From assembly GCF_032116555.1 (NCBI RefSeq), contig NZ_CP134949.1, positions 1,922,001-1,986,000 on the forward strand: a stretch of 64,000 nt of DNA, read 5' to 3'. This document shows positions 57,373-64,000 of this stretch, piece by piece. The notes under the pieces are model-generated. The model saw nothing but the letters and a program-made list of their open reading frames with translations, was not told where the DNA came from and ran no database searches. This DNA comes from Halorarum halobium. GTDB lineage: Archaea > Halobacteriota > Halobacteria > Halobacteriales > Haloferacaceae. Every line of letters begins with the position of its first letter. The first letter of the stretch is position 1. The position numbers and the translations under genes were made by a program.

Positions 57373-60104
57373 GTTTCGGCGTCGAGCGCCTGTGCGATCC
57401 GGCGGTCCGCCTGTGCCACGCGGCGTTCCACGAGCGTCCCGAAGTTTCCGGGCAGATCATCGCCAGTTCGTTCGACGGCGTCCAGAACGGCAGAGAGCGC
57501 CGACCGAAGCTCGCGGAGCTGCCGGTCGGCCTCCTCCCCGTCGCCGTTCTCCGCCGCCGCGGCGGCGCGGGCCGCACGTGTGGTTGCCTCCCGGAGCGCG
57601 CCGAGCAGGTCCACGAAACCGCCGAACGGACCGCCTCCGGCGTCGCTACCGCCGTCCTCGGTTCCGTCACTCCCGCCGTCCTCGGTTCCGTCACTCCCGT
57701 CGTTTTCGGTTCCGTCACTCCCGTCGCCACCGTCTCCGGTGCTCGTCGTTCCGGTGCCCGGACTCGTTTCGGTCTCGGATCCGTCGGTCGGGGTGTCCTC
57801 CCGGAACGGACCGTCCTCGCCCCGGTAGTTCAGGTCGTCGAGCACGCCGCCGTCGCTCTCCGTCCCGTTGAGCAAACTCTCGGCCGTCCCTTCGGCGGTC
57901 GTCTCTCCGGCGGTCGTCTCTTCTGCGGTTCGAACGACGTCCTCGCCCGCGTCCGAGACGCTCGTCACGACGTCGCTCGTGTCGGTCGTCACCGCCTCGG
58001 TCGCGTCTGCGACGTCCGTCCCGTCGACCGCGTCGTCGGTCGTTCCGTTCAGGAGTTCGTCGCCGTCGGTGTCGTTCGGAAGATCGTCGCCGTCCGTCCC
58101 GTTGAGGATCCCGTCGTCCTCCGTCCCGTTGAGCAAATCGTCGCCGTCGGTCTCGTTCAGCAGGTCGTCGCCGTCCGTGTCGTTCGACACGCCGTCACCG
58201 CCGACGGTCCCGTTCGTCAGCATCTCGACCGTCGAGAGCGCGCCCTCGACGGCGTCGGTGGCCGCCTCGGTCGTCCGCTCGGCGGTGTCGTCGGGCGCCG
58301 CGGCCCCGTCGATGGCGTCGATGCCGTCCTCCGCGACCGCGACCGCCTGCACCAGCGTCTCCGAGAGGAGCGTGTCGAGAAAGTCGACGAGCGCCGCCTT
58401 GCCGGTCCGCAGGTCCTCGACCGTGGCGGTCGCCTGGTCCGCGTCCGGGTTCACCCGGAACGCGCCGACGTCGCCGTTCCGGTCGGTCACCTCCGCCGTG
58501 AACGCGCCGGCCCGGTGGACGTACAGGCCGAAGCCGCCGTCCTCGTCTTTCGGCGGGCTGCCGGCGTAGACGGCCCCGGCGAAGTCGTCCTCGACGGTGA
58601 CCGCCGCAACGGTGGGGTCGCCGGACCCGCCGCCGGCCCGTACCTTCACCGCGTCCTCGTTGGGGGCGAGGACGAGCGCGCCGTCGGCACCCGCGGCCGT
58701 CGTTCCGCCCTCGTCCCCGCGTTCGAACGTCTCTGCGTAGGGCGCGACGCCGGGCGCGTTCACCGTGAGCCGGTGGTCGCCGGCCGGGACGTCCCGGAAC
58801 GCGGCCACGCCGCCCCAGGTCGGGACGGCGACCGGATCCGACTCAAGCCGCGCGACGCCCTCCGTGCGCGGGCTCCGGGTGTCGACGCCGTTGCTGCCGG
58901 GCGCTTGCGTCGACTCGGTCGCCTCGCGGACGGCGCCGACGACGTTCCCGAGCGTCCCGGTGAGATCGAGATCGTAGCGCTCGGTGAGCGCGTCCCTGTG
59001 GATCGGGTCGGTCACGTCCGCCGCCGGGTTCTCGAACCGCGGCTGGGTCCACGGCGTACCCACCGAGGTGAGGTGTGAGGCGACGGCGTCCTCGGCGAAC
59101 CCCGGGACGGCGAACTGGAAGCTCAACTGTGGGCCGGTGAACGCCTCGACGTGGCTCACCTCCCCGACGTGGACGAGGGCGTAGGTGCCGTCCGCGGCGT
59201 CGGCCTCCGGGTGGCGTTCGGGGCGGAGGTGCAGGCCGTCCTCGCGGGTCGGGAGCTCCGAGGGCGGCGAGTCGTACTCGTCGAACGAGTCGACGGTCAA
59301 CTCGCCGGGAACCAGGTGCTCGCGCGTGACGTTCGGCAGCTCCGGCAGGTCGTACACCGGGGTCCCGTCGAGCTCCGGGACGGCGTACGGGAGCGGGATG
59401 CCCTCGTCGCGGGGCAGGCCGTAGGCCGCCGGGATGTCCACCAGGTCGAGCACGCTGTTCGTGATGTCGGCGATGCCGCCGTCGAGCGGGAAGCGCTGGA
59501 ACGTCTCCCTGTCCGCGTTCACCCCCAGCGCGCTGGAGTGGCTGCCGACCTCCGAGATGATCGCCGGCCGGTCGAGGTCGGGGTCGAGGAACTCGTTGTT
59601 GGGCACCTTCCGCGAGTGGGAGCTCGCGACGAACAGGACGGGCTCGTCGCGTTCCAGGTCGAAGAAGACGTGGAGCACCTCCCAGTCGTGCCAGTGGAAG
59701 TTCACCGAGAACTGGTCGAACGCCGAGTAGAACCAGAACTGCACGACGCCGAGGTCGGTTCCGGCGTACGTCCGGCCCTGATAGAACGACGTCGGTGCCG
59801 GCGGCGACCCGGATTCGGAGAGCTCCCTCGCGTAGCCGTCGAACGCGTCGAACCCGGTGACGACGGTCCGGCCGTCGTCGGTCTCGGACGCGTAGCGTCG
59901 CGGATCCGTCGGGTACCACGCCTCGCCCGCGCCGAAGTGCAGGTCGGGCGCGAACCGGTCGGCAAGCCGGCGCTCCCGCTCGGCGTCCATCGCCTCCGTC
60001 TCGGGCGCCTCGGACGTGCCCGTTCCCGAGAGCAGCACGCCGGCGCCGATGGCCGCCGCTCCCGCCGTTCCCCCCACCAGCAGCTTCCGTCGCGTAAGTT
60101 CCAC
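57369..60104 (-). CDS. Large Tat-exported protein with NPP1/Vps62-like N-terminal domain and NxT-rich acidic repeats
   Basis: GTG start, LTRRKLLVGG Tat leader; FAPDLHF...QFWFYSAFDQFSVNFHWHDWEVLHV; repeats DDLLN(E/G)TDG and DGGSDGTE. Confidence 0.75.
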   Translation of the reverse strand: MELTRRKLLVGGTAGAAAIGAGVLLSGTGTSEAPETEAMDAERERRLADRFAPDLHFGAGEAWYPTDPRRYASETDDGRTVVTGFDAFDGYARELSESGSPPAPTSFYQGRTYAGTDLGVVQFWFYSAFDQFSVNFHWHDWEVLHVFFDLERDEPVLFVASSHSRKVPNNEFLDPDLDRPAIISEVGSHSSALGVNADRETFQRFPLDGGIADITNSVLDLVDIPAAYGLPRDEGIPLPYAVPELDGTPVYDLPELPNVTREHLVPGELTVDSFDEYDSPPSELPTREDGLHLRPERHPEADAADGTYALVHVGEVSHVEAFTGPQLSFQFAVPGFAEDAVASHLTSVGTPWTQPRFENPAADVTDPIHRDALTERYDLDLTGTLGNVVGAVREATESTQAPGSNGVDTRSPRTEGVARLESDPVAVPTWGGVAAFRDVPAGDHRLTVNAPGVAPYAETFERGDEGGTTAAGADGALVLAPNEDAVKVRAGGGSGDPTVAAVTVEDDFAGAVYAGSPPKDEDGGFGLYVHRAGAFTAEVTDRNGDVGAFRVNPDADQATATVEDLRTGKAALVDFLDTLLSETLVQAVAVAEDGIDAIDGAAAPDDTAERTTEAATDAVEGALSTVEMLTNGTVGGDGVSNDTDGDDLLNETDGDDLLNGTEDDGILNGTDGDDLPNDTDGDELLNGTTDDAVDGTDVADATEAVTTDTSDVVTSVSDAGEDVVRTAEETTAGETTAEGTAESLLNGTESDGGVLDDLNYRGEDGPFREDTPTDGSETETSPGTGTTSTGDGGDGSDGTENDGSDGTEDGGSDGTEDGGSDAGGGPFGGFVDLLGALREATTRAARAAAAAENGDGEEADRQLRELRSALSAVLDAVERTGDDLPGNFGTLVERRVAQADRRIAQALDAET

Positions 60105-60241
60105 GGTCGGCTCCCCCCTGAGGTACCCGCTCGATTTCCGCTCCCGGATGAAAGGTCCATCGGCGTGGCGCGGCGACGAACCGGAGCCGGGCGATGGCGG
60201 CAACCGACGGAGTGATGGGCGACGGGAAGCAGTTGGTTCCC

Positions 60242-61786
60242 ATGAAGGCCGCGCTCGTGATCCTCGACGGCTGGGGCCTCTCCGCCGAGGAGTCCCCCCA
60301 GCACCGCGACGCCGTTCGCACCGCCGAGACGCCCACCTTCGACCGGCTCAGGGAGACCGGCGCGTTCGGAACCCTCACCGCGTACGGCCGGGACGTCGGC
60401 CTGCCGGACGACCAGATGGGCAACAGCGAGGTCGGTCACGTCAACGTCGGGGCGGGGCGGACCGTCTACCAGGAGTACACGCGGATCAACGACGCCATCG
60501 AGTCCGGCGCGTTCGCCGAGAACGAGGCCATCGCGGCCGCGCTCGACCACGCCGCCGACGCCGGCGGCCGCGTCCACTTCACGGGGCTAGTCAGCGACGG
60601 CGGGGTCCACTCCGATCGGGCACACCTCGCCGCGCTGATCGAGGCCGCCGCCGAGCGCGGCGTCGATGCCGTCACCCACGCGTTCACCGACGGGCGCGAC
60701 ACCGCGCCGAAGTCGAGCGCGGGCTTTCTCGCCGACCTCGAACCGGTCGTCGCTCAGCACGGAACCGGCGACGTCGCCACCGTGTCGGGCCGCTACTACG
60801 CGATGGATCGCGATCGGAACTGGGAGCGGACGAAGCGGGCCTACGACGCCATCGTGAACCGCGAGGCCGACCACGAGACTCCCACCGCCGTCGGGGGGGT
60901 GGAGGAGAGCTACGAGCGCGGCGACACGGACGAGTTCCTGGAGCCGACGCTCGTCGCGGGCGGGCCGGCGCTCGCCGACGGGGACGCGGTCGTGTTCTTC
61001 AACTTCCGGGCGGACCGCGCCAGACAGCTCACCCGGATGCTCGCCGACATCCGCCCGGCGGACTGGGAAGCCGACGGCGTGGCGACCGACCCGCCGGACG
61101 TCCACGTCACGACGATGACCGAGTACGACGCGACGTTCGGGCTGTCGGTCGCCTTCCCGCCCCAGCAGCCCGAGGACACGCTGGGGGAAGTGCTCTCGGA
61201 GGCCGGGCTCACCCAACTTCGCATCGCGGAGTCCGAGAAGTACGCCCACGTCACCTACTTCCTCAACGGCGGGCGCGAGGTGGAGTTCCCGGGCGAGCGC
61301 CGCGAGATCGTCGAGTCGCCGGACGTGCCGACCTACGACATGCGCCCCGAGATGAGCGCCGTCGAGGTGACCGACACGGCGCTGTCGGTGATAGAACGCG
61401 ACGACCCGGACGTGCTCGTGCTCAACTACGCGAACCCGGACATGGTCGGACACACCGGCGACTTCGACGCGGCGGTCGAGGCCGTCGAGGCGGTCGACCG
61501 CGAACTCGGTCGGCTCGTCGAGGGCGTCCGCGCGGCTGGCGGTCACTTGCTCGTCACCGCCGACCACGGCAACGCAGACGACATGGGGACCCCGGAGAAC
61601 CCACACACCGCACACACGTTCGCGCCGGTGCCGTTCGTCCACGTCGCGCCCGATTCCGCGCGTTCGGACGGACCGGCCCGGCGGGTCCGCCAGGGTGGGT
61701 CGCTCGTCGACATCGCGCCGACGCTGCTCGAACTGGTCGGCGTGGAGAAACCGGCCGCGATGACCGGAACGTCGTTGCTAGAGTGA
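60242..61786 (+). CDS. gpmI: 2,3-bisphosphoglycerate-independent phosphoglycerate mutase
   Basis: ILDGWG, MGNSEVGH, SDGGVHS, DGRD, GRYYAMDRD, NFRADR, ESEKYAHV, DMVGHTG, TADHGNA. Confidence 0.97.
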   Translation: MKAALVILDGWGLSAEESPQHRDAVRTAETPTFDRLRETGAFGTLTAYGRDVGLPDDQMGNSEVGHVNVGAGRTVYQEYTRINDAIESGAFAENEAIAAALDHAADAGGRVHFTGLVSDGGVHSDRAHLAALIEAAAERGVDAVTHAFTDGRDTAPKSSAGFLADLEPVVAQHGTGDVATVSGRYYAMDRDRNWERTKRAYDAIVNREADHETPTAVGGVEESYERGDTDEFLEPTLVAGGPALADGDAVVFFNFRADRARQLTRMLADIRPADWEADGVATDPPDVHVTTMTEYDATFGLSVAFPPQQPEDTLGEVLSEAGLTQLRIAESEKYAHVTYFLNGGREVEFPGERREIVESPDVPTYDMRPEMSAVEVTDTALSVIERDDPDVLVLNYANPDMVGHTGDFDAAVEAVEAVDRELGRLVEGVRAAGGHLLVTADHGNADDMGTPENPHTAHTFAPVPFVHVAPDSARSDGPARRVRQGGSLVDIAPTLLELVGVEKPAAMTGTSLLE

Positions 61787-61799
61787 GTCCGGTCCCGAA

Positions 61800-63269
61800 C
61801 TACTGCAACAGCGCGTCGGCGGTGAGCACCCGGACCGACGTCGGGCGCTTCACGTACTCGCCCTCGCTCTCCGCGACGATCCGTTCGACTCCCCGCTGGG
61901 CAGCCACGTCGAGCACTCGCTGGGTGAGTTCGCCGTCGAGCACGAGCGTCACCGGCCGCTCGTCGGCGTCCGAGAGCGCGTCGAACGCCTCAGCCGCGGG
62001 GACTTCCGCCACGACGCCGTACTCACCGTCGAGCACGCGAGCCCGGTTCGAGCCGTCGCCGATCACCTCCCGCACGTGGTCCTTGAGCGTCCGCGGCGTG
62101 TCGTCGGTCGGGCCCGCGTCGGCCGTCGCCGCGCTCGACGCCGCACCGTCGGGTGTCGATTCCGGGTCCGGGTCCGCCGCCGGCTCCGGTTCCCCTCCCT
62201 GCTCCGACTCCGGATCCGACGCTGACTCCGGCTCCGGTTCCGCTCCCGACGTTTGCGGGGGGTCTGGACCGTCGGGCCCCCTCGTCGTCTCTGGACTCTC
62301 CGTCCCGGCCCTCGTGGAGTCCGTGTCGGGGGCGGGGTGGGCGCTCCCGTCGGTCGCGGCCACCGAGTTCGACTCCGACCCGGAGCTCCGGTCCGTGCCC
62401 GGACTGACGGTCGAGTCCGGTTCGGACGGCAGGTCGCCCGTCGTGGGATCGAAGCGGTACTCCTCCAGGTCGACCGTGTCGAACGGGACCTTCTCCCTGA
62501 GCGCGGCCATCACGTCGCGGCGCGGCAGGTCCTCGACCGACCGGCCTGCCGGGGCGAACGCGACGTAGTCCACGTCCCCGACCTGGGCCAGTTCGCGGAG
62601 GATGAGCTTCCCGCCGCGGTCGCCGTCGAGAAACGCCGTGACGGTTCGTTCTGCCGAGAGGTCCGCCACCGCGTCGGGGACGTTCGTCCCCTCGACCGCG
62701 ACCGCGTTCTTGATGCCGAACTGCAGGAGCGTGAGCACGTCGGAACGGCCCTCGACGACGATGATGGCGTCGGAGTCACGGACGCGGGGACCGGCCGGCA
62801 GCCCCTCGTACTCGTCGATGCGTTCGACCCGCTGGGCCTCCCGCACCTCCTCGAGAATTTCGGCCGAGTCCATGATCGACTCGTCGAAGGAGTCGGCGAG
62901 CAGTTCCTTGGCCCGGTCGACGACCTCGCGGCGCTTTGCCGCGCGCATGTCCTCGATGGTCCGCACCTCGATTCGGGCCTCGCAGGGCCCGACGCGGGTG
63001 ATCGATTCGAGGCTCGCGGCGAGGATGGCGGTCTCGACCCTGTCGAGGCTCGAGGAGATGGTGATCTGTCCGAAGCTCTGACCGTTCTCGGAGCCGACGT
63101 GGACGTCGATGCGACCGACCTTGGAGGACTGCTGGAGGTCCCGGAGATCGAGTTCGTCCCCGAGCAGGCCCTCCGTCTGGCCGAACACCGCGCCGACGAC
63201 GTCGCTCCGTTCGACGACGCCGTCCGCGGTGATTCGCGCGTGGATGAGGTATTTGGCTGAATCGTCCAT
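61800..63269 (-). CDS. dnaG: Archaeal DnaG-type (TOPRIM) primase-like protein
   Basis: DVVGAVFGQTEGLLG, IIVVEGRSDV, FLDGDRGG; acidic linker; C-terminal LDGELTQR. Confidence 0.95.
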   Translation of the reverse strand: MDDSAKYLIHARITADGVVERSDVVGAVFGQTEGLLGDELDLRDLQQSSKVGRIDVHVGSENGQSFGQITISSSLDRVETAILAASLESITRVGPCEARIEVRTIEDMRAAKRREVVDRAKELLADSFDESIMDSAEILEEVREAQRVERIDEYEGLPAGPRVRDSDAIIVVEGRSDVLTLLQFGIKNAVAVEGTNVPDAVADLSAERTVTAFLDGDRGGKLILRELAQVGDVDYVAFAPAGRSVEDLPRRDVMAALREKVPFDTVDLEEYRFDPTTGDLPSEPDSTVSPGTDRSSGSESNSVAATDGSAHPAPDTDSTRAGTESPETTRGPDGPDPPQTSGAEPEPESASDPESEQGGEPEPAADPDPESTPDGAASSAATADAGPTDDTPRTLKDHVREVIGDGSNRARVLDGEYGVVAEVPAAEAFDALSDADERPVTLVLDGELTQRVLDVAAQRGVERIVAESEGEYVKRPTSVRVLTADALLQ

Positions 63270-63511
63270 GTGAATCCCCTCCCGGGGGTGATGTATGTGG
63301 TGAGACGGTGACGGTGGTCACCAGTTGATATATAAGCGTTCCACCGTGGAAATACCTGTCGTACCACGCGGCCGACGCGTGTACACGTGGGGGCCACCGA
63401 GCACGTTCCCGACCGAAGTGAAACGCCGCCTCGTCCCCCTCCAAAGTGGATGAACGGTCGGTCCCGCGACCCGTGCGAAAGACACATCGTACCCGGAACG
63501 TATCGGACAGT

Positions 63512-64000
63512 ATGAACGAACCGGGGCTGTCGTCGCTGCTCGACCAGTCGACGATGGCCGAGCGCGTCGTGCGGTCCGGGTCGCCGGCGTGGGCCCGTCG
63601 GCACTTCGAGACGTTCACCGACGGGCTGACCGGCGAACGAAACGGGTCCCCGTTCCCGTGTCACTTCGGCACGAACGCGGTCCAGCGCGGCGACCTGCTG
63701 TTCACCGCGGTCCCGTCGCTCACGGCCCCCGATGCGCTGTTCGACCTCCGGGACGCGATGCTGGAGTACCTCGACGCGTACGACGAGCACGCCGACCTCG
63801 CGCCGCTGGTGGCGTTCTTCGCGCCGCCAGAGGGGGCGTTCGCTGAGGCGGACTGGCACGAGGCGCTCTGGCACGTCCTGCAGTTCCTCCACGTCAACGA
63901 CCCGGAGCCGTGGCCCGACGACATCCCGACCGACCCCGACGACGCGCGCTGGGAGTTCTGCTTCGGCGGGGAGCCGCTGTTCCCGACCTCGCGCGCGCCG
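63512..64000 (+). CDS. YqcI/YcgG-family protein, runs off the window end
   Basis: Manual translation MNEPGL...PFPCHFG...WHVLQFLHVNDPEPWPDDIPTDPDDARWEFCFGGEPLF. Confidence 0.88.
   Translation, partial: MNEPGLSSLLDQSTMAERVVRSGSPAWARRHFETFTDGLTGERNGSPFPCHFGTNAVQRGDLLFTAVPSLTAPDALFDLRDAMLEYLDAYDEHADLAPLVAFFAPPEGAFAEADWHEALWHVLQFLHVNDPEPWPDDIPTDPDDARWEFCFGGEPLFPTSRAP

Noticed and set aside
57640..58190. 24-bp and 27-bp tandem DNA repeats as independent elements
   Set aside because: They are in-frame coding repeats of the secreted protein's acidic stalk
49..63924. Many long overlapping ORFs in the track (e.g. 49-1812+, 24187-26754-, 28203-30974-, 49542-52454-, 55090-57339-, 60016-62568+)
   Set aside because: Antisense or alternate-frame shadows of real genes in high-GC DNA; Arg/Pro/Gly-rich or mirror-like with no family motifs

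Overview
High-GC haloarchaeal (class Halobacteria) chromosomal segment, inferred from the acidic proteome, Tat signal peptides, archaeal PAN/PolB/DnaG and a halocyanin. It is mostly core genes: hmgA, icd, deoC, an MtaB-type methylthiotransferase, a halocyanin plus split cytochrome b (petB/petD) cluster, nth, pan, mre11-rad50, intein-free polB, sufCBD with a ferritin-like gene and a DtxR-type regulator, tRNA-Gln(UUG), nurA-like and herA-like genes, a KaiC-like ATPase, NAD kinase, carB, gpmI and dnaG. I saw no transposase, integrase, rRNA or CRISPR array. The most unusual signal is non-coding: a family of intergenic multi-hairpin elements (18.8, 34.8-35.2 and 54.7-55.3 kb) built like nested dolls. 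Smaller hairpin cassettes are inserted into them precisely and without target-site duplication, and the matching empty sites are visible in sister copies in this window. Other points of interest are a Tat-exported ~911-aa protein with an NPP1/Nep1-like HWHDWE motif, NurA/HerA homologues ~15 kb from mre11-rad50, a deleted/frameshifted beta-propeller pseudogene, and small ORFs missed by the ORF track, including a 50-aa zinc-finger protein. All product calls come from motif recognition by eye, not database searches. Start codons were re-picked manually.
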